A stretch of DNA of 64,000 nt from Myxococcota bacterium (GCA_036012755.1 DASCPX010000157.1:10944-74943), one strand, 5' to 3'. Positions 10,247 to 21,928 are shown, counted from the stretch's first letter. A program made the numbers and translations. The notes: generated by a model from the sequence alone, not told the origin.

Positions 10247-11485
10247 GTGGCTCTGATCGCACTGCTGGCGGCCTGTGGGCATCGCGCTGACGACTCCGTC
10301 GACACCGCGTCCGTCGACTCCAACGACACCGGGGACCTGCCCCCGCTGGAGCGCCAGACGGGTGAGGAGGTGCTCGGCGGCGACTACTGGACCGGCGACG
10401 CGGGGGACGGTCTGGGCGCCGTGATGTTCGTCGGTGAGACCGCATGGTTGTCGGCGGCTCAGCGCGACGGCGGGGTCGGGGCGGTCTGCCACGCGGGGGA
10501 GACAGGCCCCGTCGAGCCATGCTGGACCGGCCGGACATCGAGGGGATTCCTCGGCAACAGCGTCGCGGCCCATGGTGACCACCTGGCCGCTGGCGCTTTC
10601 TGGGACGACACGGGGGGGAGCTGGGCCGGCTCGGTGTTCCTCCTGGATGACGCCGGAGGCTCGGCGGAGGACGCCTCGGCCACCTGGAGTGGCACCGGCG
10701 GCGACTACGCTGGCTCCTCTCTCTCCGTTGGCGACCTGACCGGAGACGGCGGCGAGGACCTCGCGGTGGGCGGTTTCGCGGCGGGCGCCAACTCCGTCGG
10801 AAGGATCTGGCTCGTGGACGGCTCTGGTGGATCTCTGGAGGACGCCTCCGACCTGGTGGAGGGCAGCGTCGCTGACGGTTGGCTCGGAATGGACTCCTCC
10901 GTGGGCGACGTGGACGGCGACGGGCAGGACGACCTCTTCGCCGGCGCGGTCGGAGAGAACGCCGAGGCTGGAGCTGCGTACCTCTTCCTCGGCCCCATCG
11001 CCGGCACCGTGGTCTCTGGCGACAGCGACGTGCGCGTCTACGGGGAGGCGACCTTCGGCTACGCGGGCAAGTCAGTCGCCCTCGGGGACGTCGACGGGGA
11101 TGGTCTCGACGACCTCGCGGTGGCCGAGTCGGACATCGACCGTGTCCACCTGATCCTCGGACCTGGCGACAGCGGGCCTCTGTCGGGGTCCGACGCCAGC
11201 ATCTCGGGCGCGGGACGCTTCGGTTTCTCGCTGGAGTCCGAGGACCTGGACCGCGACGGCTTCGCCGACCTCGCTGTCGGCTCGACGCGCTTCGAGGAGA
11301 CAGGCGCCGCCTTCGTCTTCTACGGCCCGTTCTCGGGAGAGCTCACCCACGAGGACGCCGACTGGACGCTCCTGGGCGAGGCCGCCAGCGACAAGGCTGG
11401 CATCGAGGTGCAGATCTTCTCGAACCAGCTGTTCGTGGGGGCGTCTGGCCCGGAGGATGGCGCAGGCAGGGTCTACCGCCCGTAG
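10247..11485 (+). CDS. FG-GAP/integrin-alpha-like beta-propeller lipoprotein
   Basis: Lipobox LAAC; repeated GDxDGDGxDDLxVG Ca-binding motifs and GxxYxFxGP segments. Confidence 0.85.
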   Translation: MALIALLAACGHRADDSVDTASVDSNDTGDLPPLERQTGEEVLGGDYWTGDAGDGLGAVMFVGETAWLSAAQRDGGVGAVCHAGETGPVEPCWTGRTSRGFLGNSVAAHGDHLAAGAFWDDTGGSWAGSVFLLDDAGGSAEDASATWSGTGGDYAGSSLSVGDLTGDGGEDLAVGGFAAGANSVGRIWLVDGSGGSLEDASDLVEGSVADGWLGMDSSVGDVDGDGQDDLFAGAVGENAEAGAAYLFLGPIAGTVVSGDSDVRVYGEATFGYAGKSVALGDVDGDGLDDLAVAESDIDRVHLILGPGDSGPLSGSDASISGAGRFGFSLESEDLDRDGFADLAVGSTRFEETGAAFVFYGPFSGELTHEDADWTLLGEAASDKAGIEVQIFSNQLFVGASGPEDGAGRVYRP

Positions 11486-11498
11486 ATTCGCGGGACCT

Positions 11499-13205
11499 TC
11501 ATCCGGCCTCTTCGGTGATCGCCTGGGAGGCATAGAGCTGGTCGATCAGTCCGCTGTACCGTGTCGCCACCACCTGGCGCTTGACCTTGCGGGTGGGTGT
11601 CAGGGTGCCCTGTTCGACCCCCAACCGCTCCGGGAGGAGCGCCCAGGCCCGGACCTGCTCGAAGGGTGCGAGCTCGCGGTTGGCGGCCTCGACCAGCGGC
11701 TCTATGTCTGCCTCCTCAGCGGCCTGGATCAGCGCGACACAGAAGGGCCGGTCGTGCCCGAAGAGCACAGCTCGGACGATGCCCGGGTGCGCCTCCAGGA
11801 GGTCCTCGACCCGCCGGGGCGCGACACGCTTCCCGGACAGCAGACGCAGCATGTCCGCCCGGCGCCCGCTGATCGTGAGGAAACCCTCGCTGTCGAGGTG
11901 CCCCAGGTCGCCGGTGTGGAGCCAGCCGTCCTCGAGGGCCCGTGCCGTGGCCTCGGGCAGTCCGTGGTAGCCGCGCATCACCCCGCTTCCGCGCAGCAGG
12001 ATCTCGCCATCCTCGGCGATCCGGACGTCGACGCCGACCAGTGGCAGGCCCACGGTGCCGAGCTTGAACCGCTCGAGCCGGTTCACGAAGGTCGCCGCGG
12101 AGGACTCGGTGAGGCCGTAGCCCTCCATGATCGGCATGCCGGCGGCCAGGAAGCGCTCGGCGACGGTCTCGGACAGCGGCGCAGCGCCCGAGATGAAGAC
12201 GCGGACGCGACCCCCGAAGCGCTCGCGCATGCGGCTGAACACCAGGCGCTCGGCGAGCTTGTAGCGCGTACTCAGGAGGGCGCCGGGGCGCTCGCCGCGC
12301 TCCCGGAGTCGAGCGACCTCCACTCCGAGAGCGACGGAGTCGTCGAAGGCGCGTCTCATCAGGGCGCCGCCGGATCTGCCTTCGTTCTCCAGCATCTCCC
12401 ACGACTTCTCGAAGAAACGGGGTACGGCCGCCATGATGGTCGGGCGGATCGCGCGCAGGTTGTGGGCGAGGTCCTCCAGCGAACCGTCCACCGCGGTGGG
12501 CGCGCCAGCGCGGATGCTGGCGATGGCGAGCACCTTCGCGAAGGCGTTGGCCAGCGGCAGGTAGAGGAAGTGCACGTCGTGCGGGCCCATGAAGCCGAGC
12601 TTCTCGATGGCCTCGCCCTCGAAGACCCAGCCGCCGTGGGTGAGCTCGACGCCCTTCGGTCGACCGGTCGTGCCAGAGGTGTACAGGATGGTGGCGACCT
12701 CGTCGCTGCCGATGTCCTCCGCCTTGCAGCTGTGCCCCTGTCCGAGGCGCGTGAGCTTCTCTGTGCCGATGACGCGGGACTGGCGTCCCTGTCCCTCGAA
12801 GAGCACGAAGGTGTCCAGCTCGCAGAGGGCCGCGAGGCGCTCTGCTTGCTCCCTGTGCTCGACGAAGCAGAGCCTGGCCCCGCTGTCGGAGAGGATGTGT
12901 GTCCAGTCCTCCTCTGGCGCGCTCGGGTAGATGGTCGTCGCGATCGCCCCGCAGCGGAGGATCGCCATGTCGGCGATGAGGAACTCGGGGCGGGTCGAAC
13001 TGAGGATGGCGACCACGTCGCCGGGCCCCACACCCAGGGCGCGCAAGCCCGCCGACCACTCCTCTGCCATCCGGCCGCACTGGCCCCAGGTGAGTGAATA
13101 CCAGCTGCCGGCGCGGCGGCCATAGAGACCCTCGGCGTCCGGGGTCGAGGTCACGCGATGCTCCCAGATCCCGACGACGCTGTCGAAGCTGGCCGAGCGC
13201 TTCAT
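11499..13205 (-). CDS. long-chain fatty acid--CoA ligase (AMP-binding)
   Basis: Start MKRSASFD at 13205; YTSGTTGRPKG, EGYGLTES and GWLHTGDLG motifs. Confidence 0.9.
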   Translation of the reverse strand: MKRSASFDSVVGIWEHRVTSTPDAEGLYGRRAGSWYSLTWGQCGRMAEEWSAGLRALGVGPGDVVAILSSTRPEFLIADMAILRCGAIATTIYPSAPEEDWTHILSDSGARLCFVEHREQAERLAALCELDTFVLFEGQGRQSRVIGTEKLTRLGQGHSCKAEDIGSDEVATILYTSGTTGRPKGVELTHGGWVFEGEAIEKLGFMGPHDVHFLYLPLANAFAKVLAIASIRAGAPTAVDGSLEDLAHNLRAIRPTIMAAVPRFFEKSWEMLENEGRSGGALMRRAFDDSVALGVEVARLRERGERPGALLSTRYKLAERLVFSRMRERFGGRVRVFISGAAPLSETVAERFLAAGMPIMEGYGLTESSAATFVNRLERFKLGTVGLPLVGVDVRIAEDGEILLRGSGVMRGYHGLPEATARALEDGWLHTGDLGHLDSEGFLTISGRRADMLRLLSGKRVAPRRVEDLLEAHPGIVRAVLFGHDRPFCVALIQAAEEADIEPLVEAANRELAPFEQVRAWALLPERLGVEQGTLTPTRKVKRQVVATRYSGLIDQLYASQAITEEAG

Positions 13206-13894
13206 GGCTTGCCGTAGGTCCGGCGCAGGTAGTCGACGATCTCGGCGCTCTCGAACATCTCGGCGCCGGTGTTGGGATCCAGCAGGTAGGGCACCATCAT
13301 GCGCCCGCTCCGCTGGACGAAGGCCGGGCGCGAGGGGCTCCTCTTGCCGACGTTGTGGAGGATGTGCGGCAGCTCCAGCGCGCTGAGCTCCTCGCGCACA
13401 AGGCGGCAGAAGGGAGAGATGTCGAATGACCAGAGCTCGAGGGGCAGCGCGGGCTCCCTCGAGGGCCGCGCGCTGTACCCGAAGCCCGGCCGGAACAGAC
13501 CCGCGAGGCTGCAGAGCAGGTTCGTCAGCGGCCCCAAGCGCAACATCAGCGGGGGCGCCGTGACGCCGTAGTTCCGGTAGAGGTGGGCGACGATGTCGTT
13601 GGACTCCCACATCGCCTCGCCGGTGTTGTCGTCGACGAGGAAGGGGAACATGCTCTTGCCCCTGGCCACCACAGCAGGCCGGAAGCGCTCACCGCCCTTG
13701 GGACAAGGACGGATCTCCACCTCGAGGTCCAACATCGTCAGGGCCTCGCGCACCTTTCGGCAGTAGGGGCAGGCCTCGAACTCGTAGAGCACGAAGCGCT
13801 GCTCTGGTCGCGGCCCAAGCTGGCCGACGTACATGCCCATCGGCCAGCGCGGCACGCAAGCGAGGCTCGAGCTCGCGACCTGGAGTGCCCGCAT
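13202..13894 (-). CDS. tandem GST N-terminal/glutaredoxin-like domain protein
   Basis: Two thioredoxin-fold units: YEFEACPYC...PFLVDDNTG..MWES and FDISPFC...PYLLDPNTG..MFES. Confidence 0.85.
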   Translation of the reverse strand: MRALQVASSSLACVPRWPMGMYVGQLGPRPEQRFVLYEFEACPYCRKVREALTMLDLEVEIRPCPKGGERFRPAVVARGKSMFPFLVDDNTGEAMWESNDIVAHLYRNYGVTAPPLMLRLGPLTNLLCSLAGLFRPGFGYSARPSREPALPLELWSFDISPFCRLVREELSALELPHILHNVGKRSPSRPAFVQRSGRMMVPYLLDPNTGAEMFESAEIVDYLRRTYGKP

Positions 13895-14436
13895 CAGCCG
13901 CCGCTGTAGGTGGCGGTGAAGTTCAGCGTGAAGCCACAGGGGATCGTCAGGCCGGCGGTCGTCGCCACCTCCTCGCAGTCCTCTCCGGCGCAGGTGGTCT
14001 CGACGACCTGCTGCCCGCTCATGGTGTTCTCGTCCGAGAAGCTCCCCATCGGGGTGGCGGTGCCGGTGATGATCGCGTCCCATTCCGGATCGAGGTCGCT
14101 GGCGTCGATCGTGAGCACCGTCTGGGTGTCACAGCTGAAGTCCATCTCGGAGAGCGCGCAGGTGAAGGTCTGGACACCCTCGTCGCCCTGCACGGTGACC
14201 GTGAAGGCCCCTTCGCCAGCATCGGCCAGCGTGATCGTGCTCCCGCCGGGGGCGCCGGTGTCGTCGTCCTCGAAGTTGCAGGTGTCGTCGGTCGTCTCGC
14301 CGTCGACGGTCAGCCAGTCGCCCCAGGTGGGCGCGAAGGGCTCCGGCTCCGAGTCATGGGTGACCTCGCTGTCGTCGGTCGATGCGCTGTCGTTGTCCTT
14401 GTCGCCACAAGAGAGCGCGAAGAGCAGGCGGATCAT
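13894..14436 (-). CDS. hypothetical lipoprotein
   Basis: Strong [19 protein letters not shown] lipobox; acidic linker; Cys-containing beta-rich domain. Confidence 0.75.
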   Translation of the reverse strand: MIRLLFALSCGDKDNDSASTDDSEVTHDSEPEPFAPTWGDWLTVDGETTDDTCNFEDDDTGAPGGSTITLADAGEGAFTVTVQGDEGVQTFTCALSEMDFSCDTQTVLTIDASDLDPEWDAIITGTATPMGSFSDENTMSGQQVVETTCAGEDCEEVATTAGLTIPCGFTLNFTATYSGG

Positions 14437-15818
14437 GGTGTCTCCTCCTTGATGATCGGGGATCTGCTATCGCAGTCGAACAGAGCGGGAGCGCTACAAG
14501 CTCCGGCCTCTGGGCTGACCGCCTCTGCTGCGTAGAGCCGACCGGTGGGCATCGCATCCGTGCAGGCGGTCGGGCCGAGCCACCAGACCTGCATGCCCTC
14601 GCGTTCGTAGGCGAGCTGAAGCGGCGCCGGGAGCTCCGGACCGATCCACATCGTGCGCCACGCAGCGGCGTCGAAGCGCTCCGCGCAGTAGTCGAGGTCC
14701 ACGCTGTGACGAGGCCAGCGCAGGTAGAGGTTCGGCCCGTTGTCCCGGCCTCCCAGGGCCCACGATCCGCTCTGTTCCTTCATCCACATGGTGAGGTCCT
14801 GGAGGCGCACCTGGGTCTGGGCTTCAGCGCGCACGGCGTCGATGTGCCGGGGAGCCTCGCGTATTGTGAAGCACGCCACCAGGGCACCGAGCAGCCAGAT
14901 GAGCCTCGATCTGGAAGCGACGATGCCGAGGGCGGCGACCGGCAGGAGGACAGCCGTGTGTCGGTCCTGGGCGAAGAAGAACAAGAGCAGCGGTAGCGGG
15001 GCCAGCGCGATGAGGGCTGTGGGCCGGCCAGCTCGGTAGAAGCCGATCGCGCCCAGCACGATGAGCAGGTGGTGGTCGCCGTGTTCTCGGAGCAGGTGGA
15101 AGAGGAGGTCGGCCCACACGCGCAGCGCGCCGCGGCTCCAGTCCGTGCCTACGGTCTGTGCCCACGGCGGCGGCTCGGCGCCGAAGGGCGTCGTGCGCAG
15201 GGGCATGGCGAGACGCTCGGGCAACAGCTCACCCAGTCCGGCGACCAGGGCGGCGCCGAGAACGAGGACGAGCAGGGCGGCGCCGATGGTCCACCTGCGA
15301 TCGCGCCGCGCCAGGAGCGCCAGGCAGGCGGCTGGGAGCACGACCAGCCCGTGCTCGCGAGTGGCCGCGAGCAGCGCCGCGAGGAGCACCAGCGGCCAGG
15401 CGCGGCCTGTGTCTTCGAGGTGGAGCGCGGCTGCCAGGACCATGAGCAGGAGGAGCTGTGTGAGCGCGTCCGGTTGCAGTTGGACTGCCTGGACCAGCAC
15501 GTCGGGGACGAGCAACACCGCCACCGCGACCGGGGCGACCTCGAGTCTCTGCGAGAGCCGGACCAGCAACACGCCGACCCCGGTGAAGGCGGCGATGGAG
15601 ACGATGCCTCCGGTCCACCAGGGCAGAGCGAAGACCGAGAGCAGGGCCAGGATCGCCGGGTAGAGGGGCTGCACCCCGCCGAGTTCGCTGGCCGCGAGAC
15701 CCCACATCGCGGCGTCGGGGCCCAGCGGGACGGCCAGCCCGAGCAGCTCGCGCAGTCCGACCGACAGGGCGGTCAGGATCGCCCACGCCGCGAGGCTAGT
15801 AGGGAGGTTCCTTGCCAT
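14433..15818 (-). CDS. polytopic membrane protein, possibly GT-C (ArnT/PMT-like) glycosyltransferase fold
   Basis: About 10 TM segments; GPDA..W, PLYP, QPD, TRE and DRH loop motifs; small C-terminal soluble domain. Family assignment is inference. Confidence 0.55.
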   Translation of the reverse strand: MARNLPTSLAAWAILTALSVGLRELLGLAVPLGPDAAMWGLAASELGGVQPLYPAILALLSVFALPWWTGGIVSIAAFTGVGVLLVRLSQRLEVAPVAVAVLLVPDVLVQAVQLQPDALTQLLLLMVLAAALHLEDTGRAWPLVLLAALLAATREHGLVVLPAACLALLARRDRRWTIGAALLVLVLGAALVAGLGELLPERLAMPLRTTPFGAEPPPWAQTVGTDWSRGALRVWADLLFHLLREHGDHHLLIVLGAIGFYRAGRPTALIALAPLPLLLFFFAQDRHTAVLLPVAALGIVASRSRLIWLLGALVACFTIREAPRHIDAVRAEAQTQVRLQDLTMWMKEQSGSWALGGRDNGPNLYLRWPRHSVDLDYCAERFDAAAWRTMWIGPELPAPLQLAYEREGMQVWWLGPTACTDAMPTGRLYAAEAVSPEAGACSAPALFDCDSRSPIIKEETP

Positions 15819-16779
15819 CGGCGACGAGGTGGCAGGCGGCCGAGTGGCCCTCTTCCACCACCACGGTCGGCGGCGGCTCGTGCCTGCACTTGTCGGTGAC
15901 GTAGGGACACCGAGGATGGAAGTGGCACCCGCTCGGCGGGTTGATCGGGTTCGGCACGTCCCCTTGGAGGAGGATGCGCTGCTTCTTCCGGCGCGGCTTC
16001 GGCACCGGGATCGCCGACAGCAGGGCCTGGGTGTAGGGATGGCGCGGGTCCTCGAACAGCGCGTCTCGGTCCGAGAGCTCCACGATTCGTCCGAGGTACA
16101 TCACCGCGATGCGGTCGGAGATGTGCTTCACGACGGCCAGGTCGTGGGCGATGAACAGGTAGGCCAGCCCGAGCTCGTCCTGCAGCTCTTCGAGCAGGTT
16201 GATGACCTGGGCCTGGATGCTCACGTCCAGCGCCGAGACCGCCTCATCGCAGACGATGAACCTGGGGTTCAGGGCCAACGCGCGGGCGATTCCGATGCGC
16301 TGCCGCTGGCCGCCGCTGAACTCGTGGGGGAATCGCCCCAGGTGGGAGGGCAGCATCCCGACCTTCTCCACCAGCTCGACCACGCGGTCCGTCAACGCCT
16401 CGCCGGAGGCGATCCCGTGGACCTCGAGGGACTCGCCGATGATGCGCTCGACGTTCAGCCGCGGGTTCAGAGAGCTGTAGGGATCCTGGAAGATGATCTG
16501 CATGTCCCGCCGGAGCTGGCGAAGCTCCGAGTGACGCATCTCGAAGATGTTCTTGCCGTCGAAGACGGCCTCGCCCGCCGTGGGCTCGAGCAGACGCAGG
16601 AGGGTCCGCCCGGCGGTCGTCTTTCCGCAGCCGGACTCGCCGACGAGGCCCAGGGTCTCCCCGGCGTCCAGCGTCAGATCGACACCGTCGACGGCCTTGA
16701 CGTGCCCGGTGACCCTGCCGAGCAGTCCCTTTCGGATCTCGAAGTGCTTCTTGAGCCCTCTGACCTCGAGCAGCGGCAT
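15796..16779 (-). CDS. oligopeptide/dipeptide ABC transporter ATPase (OppF-like)
   Basis: [17 protein letters not shown] and DEAVSALD motifs; C-terminal HPYT..L and GCHFHPRC Fe-S motif. Confidence 0.95.
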   Translation of the reverse strand: MPLLEVRGLKKHFEIRKGLLGRVTGHVKAVDGVDLTLDAGETLGLVGESGCGKTTAGRTLLRLLEPTAGEAVFDGKNIFEMRHSELRQLRRDMQIIFQDPYSSLNPRLNVERIIGESLEVHGIASGEALTDRVVELVEKVGMLPSHLGRFPHEFSGGQRQRIGIARALALNPRFIVCDEAVSALDVSIQAQVINLLEELQDELGLAYLFIAHDLAVVKHISDRIAVMYLGRIVELSDRDALFEDPRHPYTQALLSAIPVPKPRRKKQRILLQGDVPNPINPPSGCHFHPRCPYVTDKCRHEPPPTVVVEEGHSAACHLVADGKEPPY

Positions 16780-17759
16780 CAGGCTCGACCCTCTTCGACC
16801 GCGTGGCAGGCGACGGTGTGCCCGGTGCCGACGGCTCTCAGCGGAGGCTCCTCGGCCGCGCAGCGTTCATTGGCGAGGGGACACCGGTTCCGGAATCGGC
16901 AGCCGCTGGGGAACTCCAGCGGCGATGGCACGACTCCAGGGATGACCTCGAGCTTGGTCGCCCGGCTGTCGATGTCCGGCAGGCTCCTGAACAGACCCAC
17001 CGTGTAGGGGTGCTGGGGTGCCTCGTAGAGCGTGACGACGTCGGCGTGCTCGACGACCTTGCCCGCGTACATGACGGCGACGTGGTCGCTGACCTCTGCG
17101 ACCACACCGAGGTCGTGGGTGATGAACAGGATCGAGGTGCCGAAGTCCTCTTGCAGGCTGTTCATGAGCTCGAGGATCTGAGCCTGGATCGTCACGTCCA
17201 GCGCTGTCGTCGGCTCGTCTGCGATGAGCAGCCGCGGGTCGCAGGACAGGGCCATCGCGATCATGACGCGCTGGCGCATGCCACCGGAGAGCTGATGCGG
17301 GTACTCGTCGACGCGCTGGTCGGGCTTGGGGATTCCGACCCGGTCGAGCATCTCGACCGAGTAGTCGTGAGCCTCTATGCGGGTCATGCCCTTGTGGAGG
17401 CGCAGGGCCTCTCCGATCTGTTCACCCACCCGGTAGACCGGGTTCAGCGAGGTCATCGGCTCCTGGAAGATCATCGCGATCTGGTCGCCGCGTACAGCCC
17501 TTCGCTCGGCTTCGTTGGCCTTGCGGAGGTCCTTGCCCTCGAAGATGATCTCTCCGCCGGCCTCGATGCCGGGAGGGCAGGGGATGAGCCCCATCACGGA
17601 CAGGGCCGTGACCGACTTTCCGCACCCGGACTCGCCGACCACCGACAGGGTCTGCCCCGAGGGGATCTCGTAGTTCACCCCATCGACGGCCTTTGCGATG
17701 CCGTCTTCCATGCGGAACCAGGTCTTGAGGTCTCGCAGCTCGAGGATGGGCTGGCTCAA
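16779..17759 (-). CDS. oligopeptide/dipeptide ABC transporter ATPase (OppD-like)
   Basis: Probable TTG start at 17759; [24 protein letters not shown] and GCRFRNRC motifs. Confidence 0.93.
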   Translation of the reverse strand: MSQPILELRDLKTWFRMEDGIAKAVDGVNYEIPSGQTLSVVGESGCGKSVTALSVMGLIPCPPGIEAGGEIIFEGKDLRKANEAERRAVRGDQIAMIFQEPMTSLNPVYRVGEQIGEALRLHKGMTRIEAHDYSVEMLDRVGIPKPDQRVDEYPHQLSGGMRQRVMIAMALSCDPRLLIADEPTTALDVTIQAQILELMNSLQEDFGTSILFITHDLGVVAEVSDHVAVMYAGKVVEHADVVTLYEAPQHPYTVGLFRSLPDIDSRATKLEVIPGVVPSPLEFPSGCRFRNRCPLANERCAAEEPPLRAVGTGHTVACHAVEEGRA

Positions 17760-18892
17760 TGGCGCCCCCTCAGCTTGGGATCGAGGGCATCCCGCAGGCC
17801 GTCGCCGAGCAGGTTGAAGCTCATCACGGCCGCCACGATCATCAGCCCCGGGAAGACGGTGATCCAGGCGCCGGAGCGCATGTACTCGCGGCCGTCGTTG
17901 ACGATGGCGCCCCAGGTCGAGGTGGGGGGCGGGACGCCGAGGCCGAGGAAGGACAGGGCCGCCTCGACGAGGATGGTCGCGCCGATGGCAAGCGATGCGT
18001 GGACGATGACCGGAGCGAGGGCGTTCGGGACGAGGTGAACCAGGATGATGCGCCAGTTCGGGAGGCCCAGGGCCCTGCACGCCTGGACGAAGTCCTGCTC
18101 CTTGAGGCTGAGGATCTGGCTGCGCACGATGCGCGAGACGCCCATCCAGCCCGTGAGCCCGAGGATGACGACGATGAGGAAGATGCTCTGGGCGCCGGCG
18201 CTCCGGAAGAAGCCCACGATGGCGAGCAGCAGCACCAGGCGGGGCAGGCTGAGCAACAGGTCGACGACCCACATCAGCCCGCCGTCGACCTTGCCACCGA
18301 AGTAGCCGGCGATGGAGCCGATCAAGGTGCCGAGGGTGGCCGAGATGGCCACGGCGATGAAGCCGATGGAGAGGCTGATGCGCGCCCCGTACATGACCCG
18401 CGAGAAGAGGTCCCGGCCGAACTCGTCCGTGCCCATGAGGTGAGCCCAATGTGGGGCTGCCAGGGACGGGCCGACGTCGATGGCGTCCGGATCGAAGGGG
18501 GCGATGAAGGGGGTCAACAGCGCCAGGAAGACCAGCACGTTGACGAAGTGCAGGCCGAAGACGCCAGTGCGATTGCGGCGGAACTGCTTCTTGATCTCCC
18601 GCCACTGGCTGTTTTTATCGACCTCCGGGTCGAAGGGAGCTGGCTGGTGGAGGCGGAACGCCGTGTGCCAGCAGCCAACAGCGATGAGGATCCAGCTGGC
18701 CAGGGCCACCCAGGGGTGAAGCTGGAAGCCGCCGGCCTCCGGCGGAGGGAAGAGGAGCTCGGGGAGGCGCGGAAAGCCCGCGATGGCCGACCAGGCGAGC
18801 AGCCCGACGTAGAGCATCAGGCCGACGCCGTTGATGGCGTCGCCGCTGAGGAGGTGCCCCAGGCCGGGCAGGACCAGTCCAGCCTTCTTCAT
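17756..18892 (-). CDS. ABC transporter permease (OppC-like) with extra N-terminal TM segment
   Basis: [18 protein letters not shown]-like loop [12 protein letters not shown], and [13 protein letters not shown]; start MKKAGL at 18892. Confidence 0.92.
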   Translation of the reverse strand: MKKAGLVLPGLGHLLSGDAINGVGLMLYVGLLAWSAIAGFPRLPELLFPPPEAGGFQLHPWVALASWILIAVGCWHTAFRLHQPAPFDPEVDKNSQWREIKKQFRRNRTGVFGLHFVNVLVFLALLTPFIAPFDPDAIDVGPSLAAPHWAHLMGTDEFGRDLFSRVMYGARISLSIGFIAVAISATLGTLIGSIAGYFGGKVDGGLMWVVDLLLSLPRLVLLLAIVGFFRSAGAQSIFLIVVILGLTGWMGVSRIVRSQILSLKEQDFVQACRALGLPNWRIILVHLVPNALAPVIVHASLAIGATILVEAALSFLGLGVPPPTSTWGAIVNDGREYMRSGAWITVFPGLMIVAAVMSFNLLGDGLRDALDPKLRGRH

Positions 18893-19986
18893 CAGCTGTA
18901 CCGGATGCGTGGGTCGACCACGCTGTAGAGCAAATCGGCGATGAGGTTGCCGGCGACGACCAGGAGCGTGAACACGAAGAAGCAGCCGATGATCACCGGC
19001 GTGTCCTGCGTGAAGATGGCCGAGACGATGAGCCGCCCCATGCCGGGCCAGGCGAAGATGGTCTCGACGAGGACCGAGCCGGAGAAGAGGAAGGGCAGCT
19101 GCAGGCCGAGGATCGTGATGATCGGCAACAGGGCGTTGCGCATGCCGTGCTTCACGATGACCTTCCACTCCGGCAGGCCCTTGGCTCGCGCGGTGCGGAT
19201 GTAGTCCTGCCGGATGACCTCGAGCAGGCTGGAGCGCATGTAGCGGGCGATGCCTGCGGCTCGCGCGATCGACAAGGCGACGCCTGGCAGGATGAGGTGT
19301 TTCATCCTGTCCAGGATCTGTTCGCCCGGCGACATGTAGTCGTACATGACGGCGTCCACCATGCCGCTGGTCGGCAGGATGGGGAACTTCAGCGTCAAGA
19401 TCAGCTGCAGCATGAGCGCCAGCCAGAAGCTGGGCATCGAGTAGAAGAACAGCGAGGCGATGCTGATTCCGCTGTCGGACCAGCCGTACTGGCGCACAGC
19501 CTGGATCGAGCCGAGGGTGACCCCGACCAGCTGCATGATGATGATGCTCATCAAGGCCAGCTGGATCGTGTTCGGCAGCGCCTCCATGACGATGTCGAAG
19601 ACAGGACGCTCCTGGAAGATCGAGCGCCCGAAGTCCAGCCCCGCCGTCGGTCGCCCGATGCGGTCGTAGCCGCTGGCGTCCTCCTCCAGGGGCCCGGCCG
19701 GGCAGGCGTACCAGGGCAGCTCGTCCTCGGCTGACCAGGGGTTCTCGCCGCAGAACACCGTGGGGATGGTGAGGTTCCGCATCAAGATGACGTAGCGCTC
19801 GTGAGCGGGGCGATCTAGGCCCCACTTCTTCTCGATGAGCTGCCTGACCTCGGGCGGGGTCTCAGGGGTGAAGAAGCGGTCGGTGGCGTCACCCGGCGAG
19901 AGCTCCACGAGCACGAAGATCAGCGTGATCACACCCAGCACGAGCGGGATGGAAAGCAGGACCTTCCGTAGGGCGTACCCGAACAT
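18892..19986 (-). CDS. ABC transporter permease (OppB-like)
   Basis: LSPGD, GLD.P, DFGRS, DYIRTARAKGL, ETIFAWPGMG and DPRIR motifs. Confidence 0.95.
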   Translation of the reverse strand: MFGYALRKVLLSIPLVLGVITLIFVLVELSPGDATDRFFTPETPPEVRQLIEKKWGLDRPAHERYVILMRNLTIPTVFCGENPWSAEDELPWYACPAGPLEEDASGYDRIGRPTAGLDFGRSIFQERPVFDIVMEALPNTIQLALMSIIIMQLVGVTLGSIQAVRQYGWSDSGISIASLFFYSMPSFWLALMLQLILTLKFPILPTSGMVDAVMYDYMSPGEQILDRMKHLILPGVALSIARAAGIARYMRSSLLEVIRQDYIRTARAKGLPEWKVIVKHGMRNALLPIITILGLQLPFLFSGSVLVETIFAWPGMGRLIVSAIFTQDTPVIIGCFFVFTLLVVAGNLIADLLYSVVDPRIRYS

Positions 19987-19992
19987 CAGGAC

Positions 19993-21783
19993 TCAGTGCT
20001 TGTACTTGACTTCTTCGGTCGGGACCCACCAGCTCCGCAAGTTGCGGAAGGCCGAGAGCACGTCGACCTTTGCGTCCTTGAAGCGGCTGTGGACCCCCAC
20101 GATCTCGTCCATCCAGTAGAGAAAGGTGTAGGGCTGGTCCTCGTAGATCCTGGCCTGTGCCTGCTTCCACAGCGCGGCGTTCTTCACCGGGTCGGGCTCC
20201 GCGATGGCGCGGTCGATGAGGTCGTCGACCTCTGGATCCGCGTAGCTCGTGAAGTTGAACTCGTACTTGTCGCCCGAGTGCCAGATGTCGGTCATGTCGA
20301 CGAAGAGACCTGCGGACCAGCCGGACAGGGCGGCCTCGTAGTCCTTCTTGCGCAGGCGCTCGAAGAAGGTGTTGGCCTCGATGGTCTCGATCTGCATGTC
20401 GACGCCGACGTCCTTGAGCTGCGCCTGCATGATGATGGCGCCCTTGGCGCGGCGGGGGTTCCCGCTGTTCGTCATCAGGGTGAAGCGGAAGGGCTTGCCG
20501 TCCTTGTCGAGGACACCGTCGCCGTCGGTGTCGGTCCAGCCGACGGCTGCGAGGTCCGCCTTGGCGGCTTCGGGGTCGAAGGCGATGGGCTGGATGTCGT
20601 TGTTGTGGACGCTGCACAGGGCCGGGGTGATGGTCGAGACCGACCGCTTCGCGTAGGACTCGCCCGTGACCTTGGACGTGAGGAGGTCGTTCATCATCTT
20701 GTCGACGTCGACCGCCTTCGACAGGGCGATGCGGGTCTCCTTGTCACCGAAGATGTGGTGGCGCTTCACGTCCTCCCACTTCCACTCGGGATCGGTTCCG
20801 CGCGCTTCCTTCTTGGCTTTGTAGTCCTCGAAGTCGAGCTGGTTCCAGGCGACGTAGTCCTGGGACCGCCAGCCGCGGCGGTAGAGCTTGATCTCGGGGT
20901 GCTCAACGGCGAGACGGTCCGCGTCCTGGACGAGGATCGCCTGCATGAGGTCGACCTGGCCATTCTCCAGCTCGACGAGGCGAGTGGCGTACTCGGGCAG
21001 GATCTTGAAGATGACGCGCTCGATGCGCGCAGCGTCCTTGGGGTCGCCGGTGAACTCCTCGTTGGGCTCGAGCACGATGCGCTCGTCCGGCTTCCAGTCC
21101 GCGACCTTCCACGGGCCGGTGATGATGGGGTTCCGGCTGAACTCGTGGCCGCGAAGCGTCGCGCGGTCAGCGTCCTTGAGGACGTGATGGGGGACCGGGG
21201 TGAAGCCCGCGTGGGCCTCCATCGTGATGCGGTCGTAGGCGTGGTCGAAGCGGAACACGACCGTGTGGTCGTCCACGACCTCTGGTGCGCCCTCTTCCAT
21301 GTGCTCGATGTAGGCCATGCGGGGGCTGGCGACGACGGGGTCAGCGATGAGCTCGTAGGTGAAGTCGATGTCCGCCGCCGTCACGGGCGTTCCGTCGGAC
21401 CACATCACCCCGGGCCGCAGCTTGACGGTCATCTCCGTCTGGGCCTCGTTCCACTCCCAGGACCCGTAGACCCCTGGACCGTAGGTGAGCTCGCATTCGA
21501 ACTCCGGGTTGGTCGGGGTGTAGTTGATGTTGTTGATGATCATGCCGTCCGCGGCGGTCTGGTGGACGACGGAGTTCAGCACGTCGGCGTCCGACTGGTA
21601 GGCGATGACCAGCGTGTCTCGGGTCCCGCCGAGCTCCTCGACGGTGGGCTCGTTGCCGAAGCCACGATCCTTCGGCGCCTCCGGGACGGCATCCGGCGTG
21701 TTGTCCGGGCTGGGGTCGACCGTCTCTCCGGAGCAGGCGGCGAGGGCGACGAGAGCACTGGCGAGAAGGACGTGGCGCAGCAT
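19993..21783 (-). CDS. family 5 solute-binding lipoprotein (OppA-like)
   Basis: Lipobox LAAC; LRPGVMWSDGTPVTAADI and TGPW motifs; first gene of the opp operon. Confidence 0.93.
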   Translation of the reverse strand: MLRHVLLASALVALAACSGETVDPSPDNTPDAVPEAPKDRGFGNEPTVEELGGTRDTLVIAYQSDADVLNSVVHQTAADGMIINNINYTPTNPEFECELTYGPGVYGSWEWNEAQTEMTVKLRPGVMWSDGTPVTAADIDFTYELIADPVVASPRMAYIEHMEEGAPEVVDDHTVVFRFDHAYDRITMEAHAGFTPVPHHVLKDADRATLRGHEFSRNPIITGPWKVADWKPDERIVLEPNEEFTGDPKDAARIERVIFKILPEYATRLVELENGQVDLMQAILVQDADRLAVEHPEIKLYRRGWRSQDYVAWNQLDFEDYKAKKEARGTDPEWKWEDVKRHHIFGDKETRIALSKAVDVDKMMNDLLTSKVTGESYAKRSVSTITPALCSVHNNDIQPIAFDPEAAKADLAAVGWTDTDGDGVLDKDGKPFRFTLMTNSGNPRRAKGAIIMQAQLKDVGVDMQIETIEANTFFERLRKKDYEAALSGWSAGLFVDMTDIWHSGDKYEFNFTSYADPEVDDLIDRAIAEPDPVKNAALWKQAQARIYEDQPYTFLYWMDEIVGVHSRFKDAKVDVLSAFRNLRSWWVPTEEVKYKH

Positions 21784-21928
21784 CCGCAGGGCCTCCACAA
21801 GGGGGGCGTGCCCATAACGGACCACGCTCGTGCGCGCGCAACATCGAGGCCCTCGTCGACCAGTGGTGATGGTGCCTCGATTCGGGCGCTGCTACGCTCG
21901 GCGCCGACCGGCTCTCAGAAGGACCTCT

